Shown piece after piece: positions 50,456 through 64,000 of a stretch of DNA of 64,000 nt; position 1 is the first letter of the stretch, and the number at the start of each line of letters is the position of its first letter. Below the pieces are notes generated by a model. The model ran no database searches. It worked only from the letters and a program-made list of their open reading frames with translations, and was not told the DNA's origin. The translations under genes and the position numbers were made by a program. Location of the stretch: positions 74,400,001 through 74,464,000 of the forward strand of contig OZ024745.1 of the NCBI GenBank assembly GCA_964016885.1. Reading direction: 5' to 3'. This stretch comes from Eledone cirrhosa (taxonomy: Eukaryota).

Positions 50456-52959
50456 TCTCATTTTCAATTAAAATCTTTATCCCTGTGAAATACACCAGCA
50501 ATTCTGTTATCAGTTTTGCCAGATAGAAAAGTGCAATTGCCACCTGCTGTAAACTTGAACTTGCCGCAACTAAATAATAGGTTTAATCTTGACAAGGCAC
50601 CAAAGAGGAAAAGAAAATATATTAGCATTATCATTGTTTTCTCATGCTAGCATGGATTGGATGGGACTCTTGAGGCAGTGCTTGCAGCTGGATACCCTTT
50701 CTGGCACATCTTTTTAATTACCTCTTACGGCATACCGGGGTCTGGTATACCTATTCTAAAAACAGAATATACATTTTGATTTTTAACTCTTAATATCCTG
50801 TAAAGATTTTGTAGAAAATATTTTTAAATGGGTTTGTTATTCCAATATTTATAGAATCTTTACTATTGAAAAGATCATTGTAAAAATTTGTAGAATTGAA
50901 GTAAAAATATTAATTTTAAATAGTACTGTTTTGTATCGATGTTTTAAAAGTTAATATCTGTATTAAATGGAGAAAAATAACAACATAGGTTGAGAGTGCT
51001 ACCTTAAACGTTAAATGCCCAGAAGTCATGAATTCAGCTTACTATGTAATCCAATCTAGGATGGTAACGAGGTAAATTAGCTGTAGAGGGAGAGGTTCCA
51101 GTATAACCTGGAGGAAACCAAATCTAGTGAAGAATAAGAATTGATTAATCACATTAATCAGCTACTACTGATCCATACATCAGGCATTTCTGCATGTCTT
51201 TTCTACTTGGTCACTTCTTTGGCATGTGCATTTCTATAAATATTTTTATTCTAATTTGGTATATGAAAGCTTTTCACCAAACCTCTGTTACTTCCATTTC
51301 ATATTGCAAATTGATGTCCACAACCAATAAATATAACTATGGCAACATATTTCAAAACATGACTGTATTGTTGCTAGAATATTTTACATTTCCTCCACTA
51401 TTAACTACATCTTATTTCTATTCTTATCGTGGATCCTTCATTGATTTCAATGATGAGCATTCAGATGTTTTATCAACTATATATGTGGCTCATTTAATTA
51501 ACATATAAGTGGTTGAGTATTCCACATAATTCCCGAACCAAATCAGTATGATACAATATGTGACAAAGTTGAGCCTTTAACTTGCAGGCATATTCCACCC
51601 AACAAGCTTACACAGTTTCTGCCCACCCAACTTCAGTCAGTGCTTGGGTTAATCCTAGAGTATGGTAAAATACATTTGCTCGGTAATTTTTCTAGGTTGT
51701 CAACCTGAATTAGTCGTTTAGTTTACATATTGAGACCCCAACCCATCCTCTTTATTTTATAACATGAGATTTCTAGTAATGTACTTTGTTGTCATGTATA
51801 ATGTTTTTTAATGTCTCAAGAAAATTGTCATTGGAATGCTACCACTTAAAATAAAATTTTGTCAGAGATAGCTTAGCAAAATTTAATAAATGGAGGAGGA
51901 TCTGAAAAATTAATAAGGAGGTTGGGGGCAATTAATTGCAACCCAAGATTATTTTCAGTAATGGCAGCCATACTATTTGGAGTCTTACAGGATTGAGTTC
52001 TGCATCGTGTAGATACTGCCTTCATCATTTCCCTTTGCCATTTAGTAAAATGTATGTTGTAGTTAAAAGCCCTCTCAGGTCAGTTGTAATCAATTATACC
52101 TATTGATCAAAGATGTTCCAGCTGTGACCATCCCATCTGTCATTCAGACACAGCATATCTAGTATCACACTATCCAATGTATCCTTTTTTTAAAGATGGG
52201 GAGTGTGTAATTAGAGGAAGATTTGGCTTCTATTTCTAATATGTATTAAGGGAGGACTGCTGTTTATTTAAATGTTCATATTTGCAAACAAAATACTTGT
52301 TTTTTGCCTTTTAACCCTTTAGCATTCACATTACTCTATATTTACTATTGTATTTTCACAGTAAAAGCTTTACCTCACATAATATCTCATAATATTAAAT
52401 CTATGAGATTTTGATATTTATTTTGAGAACAATACTTTAGCATTAGTATGAGCAGCTGGTTATGGCTGGTTTGAACAGAAAGAGGTGAGAGAATTCTGGC
52501 CAGATATAGCCAGTTTAAATGTGAAAGGGTTAAAGAAAAAATATGATTATGACATCATATCTATCCTTCTTATCCTCCTTCCTTAGAATAAGGAGTCATG
52601 ATAATATGCTCCCAGTACACTCTGTAAAGTGTGGGAACATGTTAGCAAGATGCTCCCAACCACTCAGAAGTCAGTAGCACGAATTAAATACTAACTTGGG
52701 TGGTGACAATTTGTCCAACTCTAACTAAGGGAGGAAACAGCTGGTAAACTATGATGTTACTAGCACAAGTTGACACATTAGGTGATTGCTGAATGCTGTA
52801 TTGAAGATCAACCATTCATTTATGAAATAGCTAAAAAATAAATATACTCAACAAACCACTGAAATAGGGATGGTCGTCATCATTAACATTATATATGATA
52901 GTGCACATACTTAAATAAGGAATGTGACCCCCCCCCCCCTTCACACACACACACACACA

Positions 52960-53790
52960 CACAGAGCCCTGGCGGACAGGATGGAGAAGGCGTTCCCCCG
53001 GAGGACGGCAAGGGAGATGTGCTGGAAAATCCACTCCAACTCGTGGGGTTCACACCTGCGGCTGGCCAGCTCAGCGCCTATGGTGGTCAGTAGGGAGGTA
53101 GCCCTAGGGCCAAGGGCACCAGAAGTCTCCACTGCCAGGGGGTACAACCGCAAACCTGTCGGAGAGCGATCAGTATTTGAGGAGTTTGGCCTCCTCAGCC
53201 CGACGTGCAGCAGAACCTGGGTTAGTCGCAGACTGCACCAGGTTGCGGCTGCAGAAAGTGTCGGTGCAAGTAGCATCCCAGACGAGGGGTTTGTCATCTG
53301 GCCTTTTGCCGTCCCCTCGGTCCAGCCCCACCGGCTCGAGCTGGGAAAGGAAGCCCTCAGCGTCCGAGCCATGCTTTATGACCTCGTTGAGGGCAGCATG
53401 GCGTGGAAGGCGGCCGGCACTGTGGCGACAGGAAAGCGGGTGGAGGCCGAAAGAGTCCATGGTGGATCCACAGCGACATTGGTGCGGCTCGCAGATCCAG
53501 AGGCCGAGCCTCAAGGAAACGCTGATGCGCAGGCTATTGTTGTCTAGCTGCGTGCCAGTGGAGAAGGAGGGCAGGGCATGGAGCCAGGCACCACTGTGGG
53601 GTTTAGAGGCCGCACGAAAGCAGGCAAGGCGGTGCTGGTCGAGCTGGCGCGTGAGCCTGTCTGAGGCCAGGCTGCACTGGATGGCATCCCAAGTGCTTTG
53701 GGGGTTGACTTGACGTCAACAGAGAAAGAAGGAGGAGGGACGTCTACTGGGCTAAGTCCCAGCCGGTCCCACGTCTCACAGGCGGCCTCA
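52960..53790 (-). mobile_element. CRE-clade non-LTR retrotransposon 3' part (CCHC zinc knuckle plus PD-(D/E)xK endonuclease), frameshifted
   Basis: HSGAWL..LP, CRCG..MDSFGLHPLSC, RHAALN, DGKRPD, WDATC, AEEAKLLKY, PLAVETSGALG, FQHISLAVLRGNA. Confidence 0.9.
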
Positions 53791-55304
53791 CAACATAGGT
53801 TACAGTTTAAACTAGCTACAAATATAATGTAATTACACTGCATATTTTGATAGCTTCTGAATTGTAATATTCTTTGTGTGTGTGTGTATGTTATAATGTG
53901 TCTGTTCTTTACAACAACCCATGCCACCATGGAAGAACAGATGATGAAATCTAGTCAGTATCCAATTATTATGTTAAGGATGAGGAATCACAGTTTTGCA
54001 TCATTGGCTCAGGTTTTCTGCAAGCCAGAATGGTGTTAAGCCATAACTCTTCTTTTGCTCATTATCTCAAGATTTCAGCTGGAAGTTGTTTTCAGCAGAG
54101 TAATTCAACAAAACATACAGTTCCTGTTTAATGTAAATTAAAGGTCAATTAAATCATTTTATATGTTGGTGCAGCAATAAGTAAGTGCTCAGGACTGAAT
54201 ACACATTCTCTTATGTTGATGCCAAGGTCACCTTAACTTCCAGTGCCAATAAAATAACTATCTAGTGTTGACATTACTGGTTTGTATAAAACCTGAAATA
54301 ACGATTTGGAAAGTGCCTCTTTTCAATTAGTAACAGCAAATTAATAGAAGAAAGCTGACCTGATGATTTTGCTTATATATGATATAAAGTGGTCATGTTG
54401 GTGACACAACAAAAAGCACCCAGTCCGTACTGTAAATGTGGTTGGTGTTAGGAATGATATCCAGCTGTGGAAACCTACCCAGAAACAGTTCTGTATGAGC
54501 AAGACACGATCACATGATCTGACTTGTCTCACAACTGGACAACTTGTCTAACTCGTGCGTTTTCAGGCACAGTGTATCTAGAACTACTTTTTTATTTTTA
54601 AGATGCTAATCTGATTTTGCGGGGTGGGGACATTTATTTGCTATTTCTAGCCGGTCAAACGACCATGTAGTGGCTCACTCATTGGCTTATGATTCCCTTA
54701 CATGGCTCATGGCAGGTGTTTACATTATTGCTAAGCCACTAACAGTAGTGACAGTTTGATGTTATACAGAAGAATGTAACTGATAAAAACTCCATTCTTC
54801 GTGATGTATGACAGGAAATATTAAACAGATTTATCCTTCTGGTGAATTTATTCCTACATTTTGTTAGATGAATTATTATAGTACTGATGGAAAAATGTTG
54901 GCCTTTGATATCATGATTTGTATGGGTGGAAATGTGTCTTGTGTGTATATATATATCTGTGTGTGTGTGTCTGAAGAAACATTTCAAATGATTTAGCCTC
55001 CATTTGTCGTTTATCATTCATTTCTAAGTAACATTTCTTGATGGGGGGGGGGGGGGGGTTGAATAAACCTACATAATAAGATGAAGCAATGTTTCAGAGA
55101 GCGAGAGAGCAAACACCAGAAGGAAGACAGAAAACAGGACTGGTAGTAGTAGAAAGATGAGTGCTAGTTAGACAGGTGGTTAATTGGTTAGTGTTACAAC
55201 TAGGATGAAATGGGAATCTGAATAGCAGATTCTGTCTGTGTGACTGGTGAATCGAATTAAACAAAGAAATAATTCTTATAAACAGAAGAATGTTTAATTT
55301 ATCT

Positions 55305-55510
55305 GGTTGCTCTCTGATAGGTTTGTAGTAGAGCCTGTAGCAGTGGAGACTTCCAGCATTCTTGACCCCCAGACCACATCCCTGCTCACTGCTATCGGAG
55401 GAGTTGACTACCTACACGTGCGAGTCTCACGAGGTGGAGAGACTGTTCCAGCGCGTCTCCCTTGCTGTCGTCCAGGGCAATGTATTCTCCATCCTGCCGG
55501 CTGGGACCAA
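55305..55510 (+). mobile_element. CRE-clade 3' fragment
   Basis: FVVEPVAVETSSIL / ERLFQRVSLAVVQGNVFSIL. Confidence 0.8.
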
Positions 55511-57689
55511 GCTTCAGACATCACACATTTCCTCTTCTCACTCCACTTTCACTCACTCAATCTCTCTTTTCTTTAATTTATGTTATGTTCAACAAAGGAG
55601 GATCTACATAGTTCCCTAACCTGCTCAATATGGTAGTCTAATCTTTCTCAACAAACTTCCTCTCTATTCTCTTTAGAATAATCATATTGTTTCAAATGTT
55701 AAACCATTGGGCAGGTTCACAATAAAACAGGATTTTCACAGGTAAGAGCACAAAACATTCGTTCTGATATGTAGCAACACAACAATACACACAATAAGGA
55801 CCTGCTAGAAATAACTGTCAAATCTCCCTCAAATCAGGAATGCATTTAGTTAAATGTAGTTCAGAATGCACTGGCTGATTAAAAAAGGCATGATGTTGAT
55901 GGTCATAACTAGAATATTTTTGTTGAGAAACTAGATCAATCAATACCTGGGATGAGCCTAAACAACTGCAGAATAATGAGCTTTCTATGATGAGTGCATC
56001 AGTCAGTGTTTAGTCATATATTGACTAAACAATACTGTTTCTAATGTCAGTTCTTTATATCTCCCACCACTCATGCTCAAGGAAATAAGTAATTACGTAT
56101 ATGTAGATAGAAATTGTGATTGCTAGATAAGACTTGTTATATTATCTGATTTTGTGTCACAGTTTGTAGAGTGGTACTAAAATGCTGCATTTGACTGTAT
56201 TTTCATGATTATTTTGTCTATTATATGCTATTTAGAAAAAAATGTCATGTCTCTTAGTGAAATGGCCATCAATTAGCTGTACATGCCTCCTGCCCTTCAG
56301 TAAAATACATGTATATTTATTCTTATATACATAATTTGCATTTTGTCATAATGTTGACCAGTATTCTTGCCTATCTTATATGTAATTTTTGATAAATCTT
56401 ACATGATGCAAGCAGAACAAATCTCTCCCTCTCCTCTACCTGATATATATATTCTTCATTCTTTCTTTTTTTCCTCTTCCTCACCAAAATAACCAGCTGT
56501 ATGTTCTATTAAGACAATGATACAAGCAATTGGCTCAGGCAGGTTTCTCACAGTTCACTCTTCAGCAATCCTCTTTACTTCATCTTTGCTCTCTCTCTCT
56601 CTTTCTCTACACTGCAACTCCCTCAATTCACTCTCCAGCAATCCTCTGTACTTCCATCTTTGCGCTCTCTCTCTCTCTCTCACACTACTATGCCCCAGTG
56701 TGCATATTCTTATATGCTATTGTTTGTTTACTTGCAGTGAAGGGCTGTGCATTTCTTGACCCTCCCTTCCTTTTACTTGGTCCTCCCTTCCTTTTCCTTG
56801 GTCTAGAAGCCAAAGGCTTGTATGTTTCTGCAATTTATCAAAGACTGGCTGACATTAAATAAAAGCTTTGCTACCACATGACAAAACAATAAAGAAAAGC
56901 TTCTGTACACTCATATATATGTGTGTGTGTGGACCCCTATTAAGTTCTAAGGGCTTAGTTATCTTTCTTCAGTAAAAGGTCTCCTGCTGTTTTTCTATAC
57001 AACCCCAAAGTTTAGGGTGGTGATGGTAGTGTCTAACTGAACTACCTAGTTCTACTTATTAGATCTGTTTAACTAACTATACTTTGATGTAAGTTGAAAT
57101 GTTTTATTAATTTTATAATATTGTTGTTTGTTTTATTTCATTGCTTATTGGCTTTCTGAAATACATATATGATTTAGTAATGACTAGGTAGGAAAATTCT
57201 GTTGTCTCTATTGGATGTCTAGTTAGTTTAAAATATAAAAACATTGTGGGTGAAGCATTCACAGTTGCATTGGAAGAAAGAAGAGAGATTTTCTCAAAGC
57301 TGTTGTAAACTATAGAGATGATGCTCTCTCTCTCTTAAATGTGTGTGTGTTCCGACACAAATCCATTTATCCACTATGTAACATATTGTGTCCACTCTGA
57401 CATGCAAATTTGTATTTTCAACATACATTTTGTAAAATCATTCAGTGTGTGGAAAACGGCAATCTTAGGTTATATCTAATTGCCTGACTCGTTATAATAA
57501 TAATAATTATGATAATTATTATTATTATTATTATTATGATTATCATCGTCATCATTTTATGTCCGCTTTTCCTTGCTTGCAAGGGTGGGATGGGTTCTCT
57601 TCAGCACAGCATCTCTCCATTCGTGTCATGATCCCTCATCATCTCTGTGAGCTTCAGCGATCTGAGGTCAGCTCTCACCTTTATATATA

Positions 57690-58007
57690 TATCATCATCA
57701 TCATCATTATTTTACGTCCGCTTTTCCCTGCTTGCAAGGGTGGGACGGGAACTGATTCTGGCTTCATTTCTACAGCTGGATGCCCTTCCTAACACCAACC
57801 TCATTTACAGTGAGTGGTGGTTGTTTTTTTGCCGTGGAATGATATGGACCCCAGTCCCTATCATCTCATTTCTACAGCTGAGTAAACTGGAGCAATGTGA
57901 AATAAAGTGTCTTGCTCAAGGAAACAACACATCACCCGGTCTGAGAATTGAACTCACAACCTTTCGATTGCAAGGCCAATGCTCTAACCACTAAGCCATG
58001 TGCCTCC
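57690..58007 (-). mobile_element. Full composite SINE: tRNA head, V-like core, second domain, RTE-type tail
   Basis: Minus strand ggaggcacatggcttagtggttagagc...gagttcaattc; gtttccttgagcaagacactt; ggttggtgttaggaagggcatccagc; gcggacgtaaaataatgatgat. Confidence 0.8.
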
Positions 58008-58198
<191 letters not shown>

Positions 58199-58422
58199 AA
58201 GTAAGTAAAATCAAAGTCAGTGTTGCAGCATATGTATAAACTTCATTGGCATATTACAATTGTTTCAGTAATGATCAGCTCAGGGTACAATCATAATGAC
58301 ATGGGTCTGACGCTTTTTCGACATCTCCTCAGGAATACAATTCACCATGAGATGAACCTCGAAACAGCAGTGAATGCTTTGAACAGTGTGCTGCCTGTGA
58401 CTGTAGTTACACACCTAACTAA

Positions 58423-59296
58423 TCTATATATAAAACTGAGGGTGTCTGTCTGTGTGTGTGTGAGTTGGAATCCCTAAAACTCGAGAAGCACCCAACCGAC
58501 TGTTTTTAAACTTTACACATGTAATACTTATGTTTCAGGGAGTGTTCTGAGCAAAAAAAATTTCAAATTTTCAATGCCCTAGAGACCGCATTAGACGATT
58601 TAGCGATCTCTCTCTATAATTCTTAGTCTTTCTCTTTTTAGATAGATACATACATATAACGTTGCGCCTTTATAATATATGTCTGTATGTCTGGCTGTCT
58701 GCATTACGTCACTTCCCTGAGGATGTCTGTTTCTGTGTGTGTGTCTGAGTTTGAATCCCTAAAACTCGAGAAGTACCCAACCGAATTTTTTTCAAACTTT
58801 ACATGTGTATTACTTATGTTTCAGGGAGTGTTATACACATAAATTCAACTTTTTGATCTCTTAGGTGAAAAACTGTGTATTTTAAACTTTTTAGGGTTTT
58901 TTTGAGGCGTTACGTCAGACCGATTTCCTTGAAATTGTAACTATGTATTAGTCAGTCTCTTCTTCTTTTTATGGTCTAGGGCCCGCATTAGGTGAAAAAC
59001 TTCATTTTTTTTTCAGCTTTTTAGGGCTTTTTGGAGGCGTTATGTCTAGCCGATTTTCCCGAAATTTCAAGGCATATTATGCACATAAAAAAATTCATTT
59101 TCTTGATCCCCTAGGGCCCGCATTCGGTGAAAACCTGCATTTTTCCTGCTTCATCAAGGAAAATCTTAAAGATTATCCAGCCATCAGAATATTCGGTTTA
59201 TTTTCTTTACAGGCATGCAGTTTTTCCACGATTAGGTCTGTTGATGGCCCGCCTTCCAAAATACCTTATCCCGTGCAACGCCGGGTACCACTGCTA

Positions 59297-59297
<1 letters not shown>
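58423..59297 (+). mobile_element. Non-autonomous Helitron
   Basis: A|TCTATATATAAAA 5' end; subterminal hairpin cccgtgcaacgccggg (59270-59285); CTAG|T 3' end; no TSD. Confidence 0.85.
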
Positions 59298-59357
<60 letters not shown>

Positions 59358-61584
59358 AATCCTTTCCACAATTCTACTTCAACTATGAAACAAATTTAGT
59401 TAGATTCTCTAAGCATATCAACTATTTTCTTGAGTGGTTTGGATATATTGACATCTACAGCTTTATTCAGTCCCATCTTGTCATTTATAATATTATACAT
59501 ATACAGAGCTCTTGTCATTGCATTGAAGATAAGAAGCACTGCTATAACATTGGCAAAGATTTGGCATTGAAATAAACTTTTATTTATAACCAACATATAT
59601 TGATTTATGAAAGGAAAAAAAGAAATGTTTACATGATATATTACAGTATGGAGCAGCTACAAGCGTGCTTTGTCCAACTTGTTGTTGCTTACCCTGCTAG
59701 AAATAGAAACCAAATCTTTGGATTACACTACTGTCTTAAATGATGAGTAGATACATCAGATAAAGTAGTCCTAGACACCACCACCCCCTAAAATCTCTGG
59801 GTGGAATGCCTTTGACTCGAGGCCTGCTCAGTCAAAGTTGACCTGGGGCAAAACAACAGTAATATATATATCAGATGAAAATGCTGACCAGTTTAGCTCT
59901 ACATTGAACACAGTGTTTGTTGTGACAACCAAAACCTGAATCAACTGCCTGTGTTCCAAAGATATACAACAGTGAGCAATTACTTCCACATTTTCAACAA
60001 AACTGTAAGACTATGCCAACTTCAGAAAAGGATAAAGAACTAGGCATAGACTAGCTAAGTATGTATATGACTTATTTTACCAATCATTTACTTACTCAGC
60101 CATGCCAGACTTCTAAAGTGATCTGGCTGATATCCAGTCTCTTAATGTCCTATACCACATAATATTGCAAGACATTCTTAAGAAATAAAAAAAAAAACAG
60201 CACTATAATTGCATCACTTTAAATATTAGTCTTTACTCTAATATTGCAAAATTTCACAACAGTCTATCCACTATCAAAGATACTATAAACATTTGAATTG
60301 ACAAGTGTTTTTAGGTATTTTCTGCTAAATCATTACAGGATGTTAAGAGTTAAAGCTGATTTATTTTTATAAAGATTTAAAGATATATTTGTTTAACATC
60401 AGCCATTATGTATGTGATCATGAATGGTTATTCTGTTGCATCACCAACAGGAAACCTAACAGAATTATCATTTCAGTAATGGTCCATAATGTAAAAACCA
60501 GCCAAATTCATGTACTTAGAACACAAATGTTCAAAGTGGACCCTTGAGCAATGTAAAAGATAATGTTAGTGAAGGTCATTCTTACACTACTAGCCAAAAT
60601 CATTATCACATATATTTAATAGTATCTTAGGTTGAATTTATGCTCTTGTATTTTATTATCTTTATGCATCTTTATATTAGTCGTGACTTGGTTTTTTTTT
60701 TATTGTCTGCTTTGAGTTTCATAGTGCAGCTAGTATTGTTCAAGTTTTCCTGTAGGTATTTTGTGTCTTCTGCCAGTTGTTATTTTATTTCACTATCTTT
60801 CTTGCATCAAACTAACCAGACATACAGCAGAATCCCTGAACAGAGAGCCCTGCTCCCACTGTTTACCCCCTCGATGCCACAGGAAAATTCATATACTTTA
60901 TTTTTCTGTTTATTTTAATCATTTTTATTTTTAGATACATTCATCATTGTATACTTTTGTTTAACAATAAATTCAAATTTTCATGTCTATATCAAATCTG
61001 TCCTCCATTTATCTTGTGCGTTCCTTGAGTTATTTCTCATTCCTTCCAAACAAGGGGAATTCATTAATGGGTAAACCAGCAAGTTACTCACAGGTTGAAA
61101 TATTCTACAGTTACAGAAATAGGATTCTGCCTTATGACTCCCCACTCCCAATGTTTTACAATCGTATTGTTCTGGGATTTGGAAACTTAAACCATGTCTT
61201 ACCCTTATTTGAAAGGCAATAGAGTTTGTTGACGTAGATTTCTCTGGTACTCTGAGTGTTTAAGTGACTTGACTATCTACACAACAAAAATGCTCCCTTC
61301 ATCCAACAATTTACTGTAATCTCTTTCTGTCTATTACTTACTGCTTCTACAATGGTTATTTCATCAGACATTAAAAAAATACTTTATACCTCTCTTCCCA
61401 TCTGTCTTTTTTCTCTAATGTGTCTTACCCTTTACTAAAATATTTCATCTTCAGAAATATTTCGATGCTTAAAATATATACATATATATATATATATTTT
61501 TTTTTAGATGAGTGGTTTTCTAGTATATAGAGTGGGTGAAAGTGGGGTGAGAAGGGGAAACGAGTATCCCCCCCCCCCTCCATC

Positions 61585-61722
61585 TAACTTCCTCTTGGTC
61601 CCGGCCAACAGGATGGAGAATACATTGCCTCAGAGGGAGGACGGCAAGGGAGACACACTGGAACAGCCACTCCACATCATGGGCTCGCTCCTGTGGGTAG
61701 CCAACTCAGCTCTGATAGCAGC
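61585..61722 (-). mobile_element. CRE-clade 3' fragment
   Basis: AIRAELATHRSEP / VEWLFQCVSLAVL / GNVFSIL. Confidence 0.75.
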
Positions 61723-62237
61723 TTAAATATCATTTTATAGCATTAAGTTGATGATTCTGTTCATGATTTCCTGGCAGACTTTTACCTGCATAAGTTCAAA
61801 TTGAACAGCTATCTGAAAAGTTATAAGCCCTCCCTACCTATGACTAAATCTTTTTTTTTTTTTTTTTAGTGATTCGATTTTGATTTCCAGTTGGAACTAT
61901 TTCACTTATGTTAGAGAAGAACAAAATTCCATTTCTTTAGTTTCATGCTTTCTACCAAATCATCATCCATCAAGAAAAGGTTTATGACTATTTCACTTAC
62001 ACACACACCAAGATAGTCACTTTTGTGGCTGATTATAAATAAGACAGGAAGTAAAGAAAGGGACTGTTCTGATGGAGGGTGGGGTCTGAATTTGGAGTCT
62101 GGAAGTGTTGTCTCAAAATTAGGTCAGGCGTCTATGTTCAGACATGTCTCCTTTCTAAATAATACACTACACCTCTTGGCAGCACTACAGAAAATATTTT
62201 GTCTTTATGTGTGTTGTTTTAATCTAATCTCCCACTC

Positions 62238-62283
<46 letters not shown>

Positions 62284-64000
62284 ACACTAATATTTTTTCT
62301 TCCCCCTCCCCCCTCTCTCTCTTACCAGTTTCTTCCCTACCATCGCACTTTCTTCTTTCACTCCTTGCTCTTTATTTTTTGTTTCAACTTTTACGTTTCA
62401 CTCTCCTTCTCCCCCATTTCTACTCTCCTACCACTCACTGTTAAAGTATCTTTCAATTCTGACACTCCCTTCACATACTCCATACATCCTTCCTCTCTCT
62501 TTTTTTTTCTCTCCCAATCCCCCCTTCCATCTACTAGAATTCCCTTGATTCTTTTTAAGCACTCCACTCTTTCTTTCACTTTCATCACTCATTCAGCCTT
62601 TCTCTCTCCTTTACACACACACACACACACACACACACATCCAGCTAAGCTCCAATGCCTTTCATTCCCTTTTCCCTATTTAACCTCCTACCATATCCCA
62701 CAGGCCATCAATAAGCATCAGAGGAGGCCTCTACATGGTCACTTGACCTGCTAGAAATAGAAATGCCCTACCACATTAGAAAGTAAACATTGGTTGGATA
62801 ATGTGTTCCTTAATTCCTTACATACAGAAAAACAAAATGGTCATGTCTGGAATACTTTTGATCATAGGTCTACTGGATCAGGGTTGATATTAGTCTAAAC
62901 AACAACAACCATTACTCTGTGTTATGGTTAGATTCTAGCTAGTCAATAGTGTCATTAAACCTTTCGATAGCAACCCATCCAAAACTGCCTGTGATACTGT
63001 GAAACAAAACGACACACTTTAAAGGGTTCCTATTTAAATTAACATCTTCCAATATAATTTATATGAAGACATTTTGTTATGTTACAAATATCTTCGTTAA
63101 ATAATAAAAATAAAAAGTAATTCATTAGAAATACATTAACGAAAGGGTTAATATATTTAGTTGGTTGAAAAGCGTCTATTATTGAGACCAATGGAGAATC
63201 TATACTGAAAGTTACTGCCTATCATTTTTCTAATAATAATTCGACCTAATAGTCCTTGCTTTTCCTTTGATTTATGGCATTTATAGTCCTTTCCTGTGCA
63301 GCCAGGTCTGCCCTTTATCCTTCTCCCCCTTTTTTCATTACTTAATTTTGTTTTTATCCTTTCTTTTCATATTCACATCATTGTATATTTTTGGAGGGAT
63401 TTAGTAATATAACTAACTTTTCCATCAAGTTGGTGTTTAGAACACCTTAGTAATACAATCTATAAATAAAGAAAAATAAGCCACTATATAGTTGAAAACA
63501 ACAGCGAGCAGGGTGGGGGGGGGGGGGGGGGCAATAAACAGTAAAGACGATAAGAAAACTAAGAAACATTTTAAAAAGGTTCTTAACCCTTTACCATTTA
63601 CATTACTCTATATTTACTATTGTATTTTTGTGGTAATGGCTTTATCTTTCACAATATCAAATCTACAATATTTTGATTTTATTTATTTTGAGAACAATAC
63701 CTTAACATCACTATGAGTGGCCAGTTTGAACAGAAAGAAGTGAGAGAATTCTGGCTGGGTTAAGTGAAATTATGCTGGAAGGTTTTTAGAAAAATATAAA
63801 TACTTTAAAACAAACTGCTTAGAAACCCTAACAGTTTGGTATCAAAGGAGTTAAAATCAAGTCTGAAACATTGACCTTGCTTAGATTTTGAAATTACAAT
63901 GAAACAGAATTTAGTGTCATTTAATGATCTGAGTTCAAATTTTACCTGGTGTACATTAATTTTCGACCCAAAGTTGATCAATGGTTCCTGTCGAGCTGTC

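Noticed and set aside
52924-53713. 207-aa and 178-aa plus-strand ORFs
   Set aside because: Antisense shadows of the GC-rich CRE fragment on the minus strand
57935-58007. tRNA-like sequence (also at 33496 and 38467)
   Set aside because: A/B boxes continue into SINE bodies present in several copies; SINE heads, not tRNA genes
61431-61462. CTGAAGA-T-GAAA on the minus strand as a stem-II-less hammerhead
   Set aside because: No stem I pairing and no second copy; expected by chance in AT-rich DNA

Overview
AT-rich, microsatellite-rich animal genomic DNA, most likely an octopod cephalopod (inferred from the SINE/MITE repertoire and an 'EKPFHCEICGKSF' C2H2 fragment). No complete host gene is visible. 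Most of the window is intronic or intergenic and filled with repeats: tRNA-headed SINEs (Meta/MESC-like, CORE-like and V-like cores), RTE and CRE non-LTR fragments, TTAA- and TA-flanked MITEs, and one non-autonomous Helitron. The best-preserved element is a 5'-truncated Penelope-like element (PLE, RT-thumb plus C-terminal GIY-YIG, probably Hydra clade) at 28.0-30.8 kb, inserted in (TA)n with a ~390-bp inverted pseudo-LTR. Highlights: (1) that pLTR folds into a type I hammerhead ribozyme with a non-canonical core; (2) three other hammerhead-like families occur in the window, two as inverted pairs; (3) a SINE scrap in the PLE's extra 3' segment differs from its family only by A>G on the sense strand, a possible genomic fossil of ADAR editing; (4) a perfect fold-back duplication of target DNA lies beside a second PLE insertion; (5) an RTE LINE carries a C4HC3 PHD finger inside its RT-thumb region; (6) two RFX X-boxes and candidate first exons on opposite strands lie at 39.8-44.5 kb. 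All family assignments come from motif recognition by eye; repeat boundaries are approximate.
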